Assembly (NCBI GenBank): GCA_016699975.1
Contig: CP064994.1
Coordinates: forward strand, 917,874-981,873
Direction: 5' to 3'
DNA length: 64,000 bases
DNA from: Candidatus Moraniibacteriota bacterium
GTDB lineage: Bacteria; Patescibacteriota; Minisyncoccia; Moranbacterales; UBA1568
Shown in pieces: positions 9,139 through 18,578 of this stretch. The translations under genes were made by a program, and so were the position numbers. The notes under the pieces were generated by a model that saw only the letters and a list, made by a program, of their open reading frames with translations, had not been told where the DNA came from and did no database searches. The first letter of the stretch is position 1, and each line of letters begins with the position of its first letter.

Positions 9139-12100
9139 CTACCGCTCTTCCACCAGCACCCAATCGAAGGGAATTTCTTCAGAAGTTTCGGTACGCACTT
9201 CTACTGTAAAGCTTTTTCCCTCATCAACTTTGGTAACCGCAAGCGGCGCGCTCGTCGCTTTTTTTGGCGTCACAAAAATTCTCGCTCCATTCGAAACCGC
9301 TTTCGTGGAAACAACCACTTTCTTTCCGTCCCGAGCGGCAACCTCCGGATCGTCCATGGCATCTCCCGTCCGATCATCCTTCCCGTCAGGAATGTCGTTT
9401 CCGGATTCATCGGTTTTCCCTTTGACATCAATGGCTTTCGCAAACAAAGTTGCCGCACCAATCGATGGCGCCTCGTCATCACTCACGGTAACCACAAGCG
9501 ATTCCGCTCGCAGTTCCTTCACACGCAGAACGCCTTTCGAGAGATCGAGATTTCCATCGGCGTCTTTCACGAGGACACTCCCCAAAGAAAGCGTATTGTA
9601 AAAATCAAGGAGAGTCTCATTCGAACTCTGCAGAAGTGACACGGCCGATTCAAGCGTTTCCAACTTTTTGGTGACTCCCGACATATCGGCAGTGTGTTGT
9701 TCGAATGTCGCAAGCCGCATCTTCGTTTCGGCATCCGATTGAGCAACGAGCGAGAAGCGCTCCTCGACCGACGTCTCCAGATCGGCAAGTGTGGTCGCGT
9801 GCCCGTCGGTCGAGAGCGTCACGCTTTCGAGCGTCGAGGCCAGATCCGACACACGACGATCCTCTTCTTGAACAGCCTTCACGAGAACCGGGATAAATTC
9901 CGCCTTCGAAATTCCCAGGTAACCGTTCTCGCCGGTCGAAATAACATTGGGATACACCTCTTGCACTTCTTGCGCAATAAAACCGGTGAGACGCGGACCG
10001 TCCGCATGGCTTACGCGATTAAAATCAACAACGCGTAAACGATTGATCACACCGAGTCCCTCAGTCAGGGTATTCTCGATATTCGTTTTGGTGCGAATAT
10101 CGGACGGATCGGTAATCGCAAATGTTCCCGCCGTATTCGCAATGTATCCGATTTGGGTGCCGTCACCATCGAGCGCATTTAAATAGTACGTCGTTCCACT
10201 TCCGTCATCCGCTCCGGCCTGCACTACCATGCCGTATCGATTGGCGTTGTTGCCATCGTTTCCAACACGCATTGCGTACCCGCTTGCTCGGTCGTCGCTC
10301 ACATCGAGACGAGAGCTCGGCGTCGTCGTTCCAATACCAACACCAAGCGAACCGACGCCGCCCGACCCATCAGCCACTCCATACACTGTAAGCACGGGAT
10401 TGGTGTCGAGTTGCGCCGAGTAACTGAGAACGGTATTCGAAGGCACGGCGGGTGTCACGGCCATATCAATCCATGAAAGGATACCCCCGTCTTCGGGAAA
10501 GTACTGCGCGCCCAGACGAGCGTCCGCGATTGTTGTGGTCCCCGTCGAAGTGATCGCAAAATCAGCCGAGGATCCAAGTGTATTTCCGGCATCAATCTTA
10601 AACGTATCCGCATCACTCGTATCGACACCGAGAGAAAATTTCACGCCCAGTGTCGTCGCGCTCGTGCGAAACTGAAGGAGAGGATCATGCGTCGTCGTCG
10701 CCGAAGTAATGGTAAGCACTTCATCGTTTGCGGAGGCTCCGTAGAGTTCAAGCGGCGATACAGGACTCGCGGTACCAATTCCGACCGCCCCTGCCCCATT
10801 TACCACAAAGGGGGTCGTGTCGCCAATCACATCATCGATGCGAAAAGCAAGATTGTTCGTGCCTGTTGCCGCATGCTCGATAAGGAGCGAGGTGTTCGCG
10901 TTTTGTACTCCGGTATTTTTGAGTGCAAGAAGAGAGCCTGTATTGGCGGCAGCGCTTCCCGAAAGCGAGAGGGTTGCAAGACTTCCTGAAAGTCCCGTCG
11001 AAGAAGAGAGGATTGAGAGTCCCGAGCCACTCGTGAGTCCATTCACGCTCATGGCAAGTGCGGTTTCCGTATCGATTACGTTGGCAGTAATATTGACGGC
11101 GTTCGCTGCATTCGACGCTTGAACAATATCAAGCGCCGAAACTGGTGCAGTCGCATTGAGCTGATTCAGCCCGAACAAAAATCCGGAATCCGTTCCCCCA
11201 GAAGCAGGATTTTCAAACACTACAGAATCGTCGAGCGAGGAAAGTCGGAGCGTCGCATTCGAACCGTCAGCATCAAAATCATAGGCTCTTTGGAGCGGTG
11301 TTTCATATCCGGCACACAGACTTCCTGATGTACAAATTGTCCCGCTCTCATTGGGGAGCGTCCAGGTGCGCGAAGCAGTCAGATTCGCACGAGTAAGTTG
11401 TCCACGTCCATCTGGATCATACCAATAGAGCGAGGTTCCCTGTGTCGAAGTCGATGTAAACGCCTCTCCTGCCGAAACATCGCCGATCGCGGTTATGTCT
11501 CCAATTCCTCCCCCGCCTGACGAGACCCATGAGAATCCGCCCGTCCCCGAATTAAATGTGAGAATCTGCCCATCAAGCGGAGCGCCTGATGCCCCAAGAT
11601 CAATACCAAGCACGCTTCCATTTTCAATTTCCGCGGAATCAATACTCACGCCAAGGGAGGATTCGAGATTAATAGTTCCCACGCCATTTGCGATCGTGAC
11701 GCTCCCCGCCAAAGAGGTAAGGGTTCCGAGAGTAGGCGCGCCGGAAGCTATCCCTATAAGAAGCTGCCCGTTTCCCAGAATGCCAAGCGACTGGATCGCA
11801 CCTGCTGCGTTCCCATAGAGTATGCCACCCGACGGAAACGAAGCATTTCCTGTTCCACCATGCGAAACTGAAAGTGCAGGACTATCAACTGACCAAACTC
11901 CGGATGACAGAAATGGTACGCCGGTGAATGAGGAGGTATCGATTCCTGTTCCACCATGCGAAACTGAAAGTGCGGGACTATCAACTGACCAAACTCCGGA
12001 TGACAGAAATGGTACGCCAGTGAATGAGGAGGTATCGATTCCTGTTCCACCATGCGAAACTGAAAGTGCGGGACTATCAACTGACCAAACTCCGGATGAC

Positions 12101-13437
12101 AGAAATGGTACGCCAGTGAATGAGGAGGTATCGATTCCTGTTCCACCATGCGAAACTGAAAGTGCGGGACTATCAACTGACCAAACTCCGGATGACAGAA
12201 ATGGTACGCCAGTGAATGAGGAGGTATCGATTCCTGTTCCACCATGCGAAACTGAAAGTGCAGGACTATCAACTGACCAAACTCCGGATGACAGAAATGG
12301 TACGCCAGTGAATGAGGAGGTATCGATTCCTGTTCCACCTCGAACCGCGGAAAGATAATTTTCTCCGGAAAGTGTGGTGCCGTTTATCCAATACGAAACC
12401 TGGCCCGGCGATCCGGAACCGTTCACCATTCCCGCAAATGCCGAAGTGAAAGAAGAGAACGTCGTCCCATCGTCCGAGAATTGCCACTCACCAATTCCTC
12501 CGTCATAGCGAAGCGCGGGGGCATTCGAAGCACTTGAGATTGACAAGCGAAACTGATTCGAGTTTATTGCAATCCCGGAACCAATGGTAAAAACCGTTGA
12601 GTTCGTCGCCGTATCGGTATTCTGCGTGTGTCCATTTCCTGAAATTGGTGCCACACGATCAAGGAGAGACTGAAAGTCATCGGAAAGATTCGAGAGATCG
12701 CCCGAGAGTGTATCGACATTCTTCGAGAGTGCAGAAACCTCTTTGACCGACGACGTAAAGTCTTTGTTGTCAGCAAGAAGAAGCGTTTTCCCTTTGGTAC
12801 CGGTTGGGAGTTGCTCGATCCCAAGTTTCCCTGCGACGCCATACGTCACAATATCTCCCGCATTGTTCCCGATCGCTCTCCCCCTTAAGAACTGCGAATT
12901 CACCGCATTCGGAAACTTTCCCAATTTTTTCCGCGGCACCATTTCCGCATCCGATTCCACGCGAATGCCCAGAAAATAGTTTCCTCCTTCGAAAGTAAAA
13001 TTATTCGGAAGTGGTGTGCTCTTTCCCAAAAAAGTCTCGAGCACACCGTTTTTTACTTCTACAATCTGTGTTTCTTCCCAGACCCGACTCGCACGATCGG
13101 CATCGGAAGGGTATGGATCCACTTGTGTGCGGTCGGATCGGTAGAGACTAAAGCGCACCGAGTAGGAAGCGTTCGGAACCATCTCTCCGTCTCCCTGGAG
13201 AAGCACCGCCGAAACTGAAATACTGCCGGTATCCGAAGAAGATGCACTTCCTCCAGAAACTTCTTGCGCAAAAACAGCCCGGGGAGCAAGTCCGCAGGCA
13301 AGAAATCCTGTCAGTACGACTACCGAAAGAAGCGAAATGAAAAAATATTTCCTTTCTTTGTTTTGAAAACAATGCATCGAGATTGACACGAAAAAGAAGT
13401 ACCAAATCGAACTTCTCCTCGTCTCCGTCGAGAGCAT
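9139..13437 (-). CDS. Giant (1432 aa) surface protein with 5x32-aa tandem repeats and a C-proximal peptidase S74 / tail-spike intramolecular-chaperone auto-processing domain
   Basis: N-terminal signal/TM (LLSVVVLTGFLACGLAPRAVFAQE). Long Gly/Ser/Thr-rich beta-rich body with GTGIDTSSFTGVPFLSSGVWSVDSPALSVSHG x5. Near the C-terminus, DPSDIRTKTNIENT…LRVVDFNRV…GFIAQEVQEVYPNVIS…AEFIPVLVKAVQE matches the S74 chaperone-of-endosialidase domain. It is followed by about 250 aa of coiled-coil and charged tail. Confidence 0.8.
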   Translation of the reverse strand: MLSTETRRSSIWYFFFVSISMHCFQNKERKYFFISLLSVVVLTGFLACGLAPRAVFAQEVSGGSASSSDTGSISVSAVLLQGDGEMVPNASYSVRFSLYRSDRTQVDPYPSDADRASRVWEETQIVEVKNGVLETFLGKSTPLPNNFTFEGGNYFLGIRVESDAEMVPRKKLGKFPNAVNSQFLRGRAIGNNAGDIVTYGVAGKLGIEQLPTGTKGKTLLLADNKDFTSSVKEVSALSKNVDTLSGDLSNLSDDFQSLLDRVAPISGNGHTQNTDTATNSTVFTIGSGIAINSNQFRLSISSASNAPALRYDGGIGEWQFSDDGTTFSSFTSAFAGMVNGSGSPGQVSYWINGTTLSGENYLSAVRGGTGIDTSSFTGVPFLSSGVWSVDSPALSVSHGGTGIDTSSFTGVPFLSSGVWSVDSPALSVSHGGTGIDTSSFTGVPFLSSGVWSVDSPALSVSHGGTGIDTSSFTGVPFLSSGVWSVDSPALSVSHGGTGIDTSSFTGVPFLSSGVWSVDSPALSVSHGGTGNASFPSGGILYGNAAGAIQSLGILGNGQLLIGIASGAPTLGTLTSLAGSVTIANGVGTINLESSLGVSIDSAEIENGSVLGIDLGASGAPLDGQILTFNSGTGGFSWVSSGGGGIGDITAIGDVSAGEAFTSTSTQGTSLYWYDPDGRGQLTRANLTASRTWTLPNESGTICTSGSLCAGYETPLQRAYDFDADGSNATLRLSSLDDSVVFENPASGGTDSGFLFGLNQLNATAPVSALDIVQASNAANAVNITANVIDTETALAMSVNGLTSGSGLSILSSSTGLSGSLATLSLSGSAAANTGSLLALKNTGVQNANTSLLIEHAATGTNNLAFRIDDVIGDTTPFVVNGAGAVGIGTASPVSPLELYGASANDEVLTITSATTTHDPLLQFRTSATTLGVKFSLGVDTSDADTFKIDAGNTLGSSADFAITSTGTTTIADARLGAQYFPEDGGILSWIDMAVTPAVPSNTVLSYSAQLDTNPVLTVYGVADGSGGVGSLGVGIGTTTPSSRLDVSDDRASGYAMRVGNDGNNANRYGMVVQAGADDGSGTTYYLNALDGDGTQIGYIANTAGTFAITDPSDIRTKTNIENTLTEGLGVINRLRVVDFNRVSHADGPRLTGFIAQEVQEVYPNVISTGENGYLGISKAEFIPVLVKAVQEEDRRVSDLASTLESVTLSTDGHATTLADLETSVEERFSLVAQSDAETKMRLATFEQHTADMSGVTKKLETLESAVSLLQSSNETLLDFYNTLSLGSVLVKDADGNLDLSKGVLRVKELRAESLVVTVSDDEAPSIGAATLFAKAIDVKGKTDESGNDIPDGKDDRTGDAMDDPEVAARDGKKVVVSTKAVSNGARIFVTPKKATSAPLAVTKVDEGKSFTVEVRTETSEEIPFDWVLVEER
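11855..12334. repeat. Five near-identical tandem copies of a 96-bp (32-codon) repeat inside the giant surface-protein gene
   Basis: The unit ccaccatgcgaaactgaaagtgc[a/g]ggactatcaactgaccaaactccggatgacagaaatggtacgcc[a/g]gtgaatgaggaggtatcgattcctgtt recurs at 11855, 11951, 12047, 12143 and 12239. Copies differ at only one or two positions. The overlapping shadow ORFs 11754..12338 and 11822..12358 are artefacts of it. Confidence 0.9.
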
Positions 13438-13537
13438 CCGAATAAAGAAACGCGAGGGCGTTCCTTCCTCATAGTACCTCCAAAATCACAAAAAAACAAT
13501 GTGTTTCTTTTTGAATTTCGTTCTCTAGAGATCCTGA

Positions 13538-14218
13538 TTATTTTTTGATTGCCCATCCAAATACCTCTTGAAGTGCACCGACGATAAGTTCGAAAAGAGA
13601 AACATTTTTTCGACCGGTCGAAACAGCGTACGCTTCGCTCGTCACTTCGCGACCGTATCGATCGCGAACCGTAATCGTATAAAGATAGGTGGAAGCAAGA
13701 TCGAGTCGTGAGAGAACCGCGCTGTGTGTCATTCCGAATCCTGTTTCCTCGACCGTGTTTTCCGCGCCGAGCGATTTTCCGAATCGCACCGTGGAATTCG
13801 CTGCTTTATTCGTTTGCCACGTAATGAGTACTCGTCCTTCATTCCGACTGGTATTTCCGAGCGTCTCAGCACGAATATCGTCAACGGAAAGCGGGAAAAA
13901 TTCCTCGTCGCGAGTGCGAAGCGCAATATCGCTTCCGACCGAAAGCGCTCCCACACGATAATGCTCACTCGAGAGTGTTCCGGGAGAGGCTTTCGAGATA
14001 TCCTGAAGCGTTCCGGGCACAACAACCGTGTCTTGAGGAAAAATATCAGTGGTCTGAGACCGAGCAATGAGCCATTCCCTTCCGAAAAAACTGAGCGCTC
14101 CCACAATCAAAGCCGCCAGGAGAAGTTGTCCGAAGTGAAGTACCCAACGCAAAAACGGACGACCCTCACACCACGATCGACGTTGGGACTCTAATTGAAA
14201 AGTATGACGTACGGACAT
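13538..14218 (-). CDS. Membrane-anchored hypothetical protein with an Fn3-like (purple-acid-phosphatase-N-like) domain
   Basis: 226 aa with an N-terminal TM helix (LLLAALIVGALSFF). Then …GRVLITWQTNKAANSTVRFGKS…YLYTITVRDRYGRE, an Fn3-like pattern. Sits directly upstream of the giant gene on the same strand. Confidence 0.45.
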   Translation of the reverse strand: MSVRHTFQLESQRRSWCEGRPFLRWVLHFGQLLLAALIVGALSFFGREWLIARSQTTDIFPQDTVVVPGTLQDISKASPGTLSSEHYRVGALSVGSDIALRTRDEEFFPLSVDDIRAETLGNTSRNEGRVLITWQTNKAANSTVRFGKSLGAENTVEETGFGMTHSAVLSRLDLASTYLYTITVRDRYGREVTSEAYAVSTGRKNVSLFELIVGALQEVFGWAIKK

Positions 14219-14629
14219 GGAATATGTGAATGTCGTCTCAAAAGTAAGAGGAAGACGATCGTGAAAATTTTTGAGGAGAAGAGGGTACGAAAGAAGACTG
14301 AGAGATATATCCCATATCAGTGTGACCTATTTGAAAATTCAAAAGATCGAAATTTTTGGTCAGGGAGAATTTTGGGATGATCCTTCGCAGGTATTATAGC
14401 AGAGGAAGAAATGTGATGGAGAAAAGCACTCAAACTTCGACAGTTCAAAAAAGAGTGAGCCCAAAAATTCGAGTTGACAAAATATCCTTTCTTGGATATG
14501 ATCGCTTCGCAGAACGCTCTTTTCTTCGAGAAAACTTTTCACGGATTTCCTGCAAAAAAGTTGAGGAACGACTTCTGGGAACAATGAAGTCGTTCTTCGC
14601 TCCCACATCTGATCGCGCATTATTCATAA

Positions 14630-15799
14630 TTGGTATTCGTTCTCGCTTTATCTTTTCGTCCTATGTCTTTCTCTCTTCCGAACACCCGACCTCACTCATA
14701 TGCCGTCATTATGGCAGGCGGGAGCGGCACACGCCTCTGGCCACTTTCTCGAAAGTCGTCGCCGAAACAATTTCATAATTTCGTCTCCGAATCCGGAGAA
14801 ACACTGATCGAAGAAACCGCGAGTCGTCTCCGACAAGTAGTATCAGACAAAAGCCATCTCTTCGTCTCGACAGGAGAAGCGTATCGCGATCGGATACGAG
14901 AAATTTTTCCTGATCTTCCTGAGAATCGCCTCATCCTCGAACCGGTTGCACGCGGTACGGCGGCCGCACTCGCGCTCATTTCTGCCATCATCACTCACGA
15001 AGATCCTGAGGCAATCATTGCTACCATTCCCTCGGATCACGTCATTGGAAATCCCGAAGAATTTGCCGCAACGCTCCTCTCCGCCTTTGACACTGCGGAA
15101 AAATTTCCGGAAAAAATGGTGACGATCGGAATCAATCCCACCGCCCCCGATACCGGGCTCGGCTACATACAAATGGGAGAAGAAATTGCAACTATCGGCA
15201 ATCATCGCGTGTTTTCGATCGCGATGTTTGCCGAAAAGCCCGATCGAGAAACCGCGGAAGAATATCTGAAGAATTGGGAATACCTGTGGAACGCCGGATA
15301 TTTTATTTTTTCCGGAAAAACATTTCTCTCTTGGGTGAAGCGCTATACACCGCTTCTCGCGAAAGCGATTGATTCGATTGCTCACGAACACGATTTTCCG
15401 CACAACGAAACGCTCGCCCTCGAACGTCTGCGATCGGCATTTGAACCATTACCAACTGAACCCGTCGAGCCCGCCATCATCGAAAAACTCTCTCCTGCGG
15501 AGCGAGCTGTCATTCCCTCTCCCCTTGAGTGGAATGACATTGGAAATTGGTCCGCACTTTTTGACCTCCTGAAGAATCGCCACGACACGCACACGATTGC
15601 ACAGGGAAACCATATCGATGTGGGAAGCGAACATTGTTTCGTTCTCTCAAACGACAAACTGATTGCAACAATCGGCCTTCAGGATACGATCATTGTGGAA
15701 ACACAAGACGCACTCCTTGTTGCCAACAAAAATCGGGTGGACGATATCAAAAAACTGCTCGAGAAACTCCGTGAAGAAAAAGGCGATCAGTATCTCTAG
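14630..15799 (+). CDS. Mannose-1-phosphate guanylyltransferase (GDP-mannose pyrophosphorylase), nucleotidyltransferase family
   Basis: …YAVIMAGGSGTRLWPLSRKSSPKQF… is the canonical ManC/CpsB N-terminal motif, with a 350-aa transferase body. The true start may be an internal Met near 14663 or 14711. Confidence 0.8.
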   Translation: MVFVLALSFRPMSFSLPNTRPHSYAVIMAGGSGTRLWPLSRKSSPKQFHNFVSESGETLIEETASRLRQVVSDKSHLFVSTGEAYRDRIREIFPDLPENRLILEPVARGTAAALALISAIITHEDPEAIIATIPSDHVIGNPEEFAATLLSAFDTAEKFPEKMVTIGINPTAPDTGLGYIQMGEEIATIGNHRVFSIAMFAEKPDRETAEEYLKNWEYLWNAGYFIFSGKTFLSWVKRYTPLLAKAIDSIAHEHDFPHNETLALERLRSAFEPLPTEPVEPAIIEKLSPAERAVIPSPLEWNDIGNWSALFDLLKNRHDTHTIAQGNHIDVGSEHCFVLSNDKLIATIGLQDTIIVETQDALLVANKNRVDDIKKLLEKLREEKGDQYL

Positions 15800-15878
15800 C
15801 GCGCGTCTCAAAAATTTTTCACGAACACAACCTTCGATCCTGTGAGGTTCCAAATTTTTCACGACCTCTCCAATGAAA

Positions 15879-15906
15879 ACCCCCGCAGAACGCGGGGGTT
15901 TTCATT
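15879..15906 (+). terminator. Intrinsic terminator after manC
   Basis: aaaaCCCCCGCagaaCGCGGGGGttttcattctt: 7-bp GC stem, 4-nt loop, T-run. Confidence 0.6.
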
Positions 15907-16246
15907 CTTCTTGAGAGGAGCGAAACGGCATCGCTTCTCCGTAATTTTTCGTCTCATGAAAAACGCTCACAATCGTCTCTCTGCTCTTCTTTGAAATAAG
16001 CCCAAAGAAGAGAATCAGAGAAACGATGCTCGATTCAAGGGAGGGAGAAGCCACCGGTGGCGCCCTGGTAGTCTCTGCGCACGTTCACGGTCTAGAGTGA
16101 GGCGTTTGGTGGTCGACGAAAAACGAATAAAGCTCTTCTTCGAATGCTTTTCGCTCCGTTTGTTCTGAAGAGTGATGCATCAAAAGAAGTATCTCGTAAA
16201 CCCTCGAAAATTCGAAAATATGAGCTTCTCAAGAAGAAGAACGTCG

Positions 16247-17365
16247 TCACTGCTCGGATGCTTCGTTCCCTGAAAGTTTGGAGAAGATGGCTTTAAATTC
16301 TTCATCCGAAAAATAGTCGATCCGAATAGAGCCACCGGTCGCGGTTTTCGCGATATGAACTTTTGTGCCGAAGCGTTCGGAAAGCGAAGCTTCCCTTGCC
16401 TTGGTATCTGGATCGAAACTGTGGAGGGTCCGCGGGCGGCGCGTGGAAATCGCCCGCGATTTTATTTCTGCTTCGCGCACCGTGAGTCCCTGCCCCACAA
16501 TGAGCTCAAAAAGTGCGCGCTGCTTTTCGGAATTTTCAATCGAAAGGAGTGCTTTGGCATGTCCTTCGGAAATCTTTCCGATGGAAACCGCACGCTGAAT
16601 ATCGATGGGCAGTTGCAAAAGACGCATGGTATTTGCTATCGCACTGCGGCTCCGACCCATTTTTTTGGCAATCTCTTCTTGAGAGAGGTGAAATTCCTTC
16701 GAAAGACGATCATATGCACGCGATTCTTCGATAGGATTGAGATCATGGCGTTGAATATTTTCGATGATCGCAAGCTCGAACTTTTGTTCCTCCTCTGCCT
16801 CTCGAACGAGAACAGGAACTTCCGCGAGTCCGACCATTTTTGCCGCTTCAAGACGTCGCTCGCCAGCGATAAGCTCGAAGGCGTCACCCCGACGAGTCAC
16901 GATGAGCGGCTGCAAAATGCCGTGCTCCCGAATGGATTGCGCCAACTCGAAAAGTTTTTCTTCACTAAACTGAGTACGGGGTTGATGCGGATTCGGCGCC
17001 ACTTTCTCGGTAGGAACCATGAGTGCGTGTCCCGATCCCAATTCGTCTGTCGTGGTCGAAAGCGATTCAACTGCCTGATTGGAAGAGGATGGTTCCGAAC
17101 CGCCCAGTGACGATCCTCCAGGCATGGGCAACACCTGCTCCTTTTCTTCTTGAACAATTTTTTTCAGCGGATGCGTCTCCTGAGGAGTGGGAGATGCGGG
17201 TGCTTCCGTTTCCAAAGACACCGCTGAAAAAACCGGGACCCGCACCGCCTTCTCGGAAGAGGGCGGTTCGGAAAACGGTCCTGGCTTTCGAGGAATAAGC
17301 GAGGAAAGACCCTTTCCAAGTCCATGCGATTGCGCCATACGTTTAGATAGAAAGGAGAAACTCAC
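16247..17365 (-). CDS. parB: Chromosome partitioning protein ParB/Spo0J
   Basis: …LQPLIVTRRGDAFELIAGERRLEAAKMVGLAEVPVLVRE… (ParB box) and …GLTVREAE… HTH. The N-terminal 110 aa are low-complexity, so the true start may be downstream. Confidence 0.85.
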   Translation of the reverse strand: MSFSFLSKRMAQSHGLGKGLSSLIPRKPGPFSEPPSSEKAVRVPVFSAVSLETEAPASPTPQETHPLKKIVQEEKEQVLPMPGGSSLGGSEPSSSNQAVESLSTTTDELGSGHALMVPTEKVAPNPHQPRTQFSEEKLFELAQSIREHGILQPLIVTRRGDAFELIAGERRLEAAKMVGLAEVPVLVREAEEEQKFELAIIENIQRHDLNPIEESRAYDRLSKEFHLSQEEIAKKMGRSRSAIANTMRLLQLPIDIQRAVSIGKISEGHAKALLSIENSEKQRALFELIVGQGLTVREAEIKSRAISTRRPRTLHSFDPDTKAREASLSERFGTKVHIAKTATGGSIRIDYFSDEEFKAIFSKLSGNEASEQ

Positions 17366-17403
17366 GCGTTTTCCTCATTATAGCACGAGGGAGCGCTTCG
17401 ATT

Positions 17404-18111
17404 TTAAAAGCGAATATAGTCACTCCAGAGTCGATAGAGTTCCGCCGTCGCCACAATATCGCGCGCATTATACCGGGCAATATCGCGAAAACGTTTTTCC
17501 TGGAAAAATTGAGCGACATGATCGCCGTCGATGCCATGGCTTTTGGGCGTCTCGATATGAAACGCCCGACAACACAGGTGAAGGCTGGGACGCCGACGAG
17601 TGGCTCCGTAAAACGTGAGTTGGTCAAGAAGATCTACATGCTTCACTCCCCGCTGAAGCGAAAGATATCGGTTCGAGAGAAGATCGCGCGTTCCCCGGAC
17701 TCGGTGAACCGCCGAGCGAATCGAAAGAAACGGAACATCGAATCCGCGTCCATTAAAAGTCACAAATGTCTCATATTGCTCGGCGACACGCCAAAATTCG
17801 CGCAGCATTGACGCTTCATCCATTGGCTTATAAGTAATGCTCCCCTCCTCAAACGATTCTTCCGCCACTCCGGGCGCCTGAAAGTAAACTGCGGATTTTC
17901 CCCGCTCCACATCGAGCATACCAATCGCAACAATCGATCCCGTGAGCGGAGAAAACCCCAAGCTGTTTTTCACATCATCTATCGCAGTACGGTATTCTTC
18001 CTCGCTCAACGAATCTTCACGAATCCACCGAGTCAGTGCTTTTTTCGTTGTTTCATCGAAAGTTTCAAAGTCTTCTCCGATCGTTTCGATGTCAAAAATA
18101 AGTGTTCCCAT
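17404..18111 (-). CDS. RNase H-like 3'-5' exonuclease-fold protein (YprB/PolB-exonuclease-like)
   Basis: MGTLIFDIETIGEDFE… has the DxE exonuclease motif I. …VTFNGRGFDVPFL… and …YNARDIVATAELY… match motifs II and III of the RNase_H-like family. Confidence 0.65.
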   Translation of the reverse strand: MGTLIFDIETIGEDFETFDETTKKALTRWIREDSLSEEEYRTAIDDVKNSLGFSPLTGSIVAIGMLDVERGKSAVYFQAPGVAEESFEEGSITYKPMDEASMLREFWRVAEQYETFVTFNGRGFDVPFLSIRSAVHRVRGTRDLLSNRYLSLQRGVKHVDLLDQLTFYGATRRRPSLHLCCRAFHIETPKSHGIDGDHVAQFFQEKRFRDIARYNARDIVATAELYRLWSDYIRF

Positions 18112-18271
18112 AGGAGAGAAAATGAACGTTCATCTCAAGAGTCACACTGAGGCAATTCTGAGAAATTTTGAAGAAATTCTTGAAAAATCAAAAAGGAAAA
18201 CGACTTCACTTTGCGAGGAGGAGAATGCGAAAACGAAAGACGGAAACGCGAGTGAAAATGTTTGAGACAAG

Positions 18272-18481
18272 TTAGTCTCGCCGTTTTTGTGAAGACACAC
18301 CGAAGATCACGGTCGTATCGACAATTTCTGCTTCCCGCACATTGAGCTTGAGAAGATTGATCGCCTTCACTGCATTTTCGCGAGTCGAATACCCCTCACT
18401 GACACAAATCGGTTCGCCGTTTCGCGCAACGAGCGTCCAAAAAAATTCATCTCTCACATTCTTTTTTATTTTGAATTTCAT
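18272..18481 (-). CDS. DUF1508 (YegP-like) single-domain protein
   Basis: MKFKIKKNVRDEFFWTLVARNGEPICVSEGYSTRENAVKAINLLK matches the DUF1508 repeat. The longer ORF upstream (to 18640) overlaps comEC and is probably not translated. Confidence 0.55.
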   Translation of the reverse strand: MKFKIKKNVRDEFFWTLVARNGEPICVSEGYSTRENAVKAINLLKLNVREAEIVDTTVIFGVSSQKRRD

Positions 18482-18578
18482 AGAATTTTCTTCGGAACGA
18501 ATCAAGACAATTTCGCTTTGGAAATGAAAATCGCTTGCCGCCTCTTTTTCTGTAGCATAGCGAGAAGGAAAGACGACG

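Noticed and set aside
11754-12358. Two overlapping ORFs (194 aa minus, 178 aa plus) with their own internal repeats
   Set aside because: Both are out-of-frame or antisense readings of the 96-bp tandem repeat inside the 1432-aa gene.
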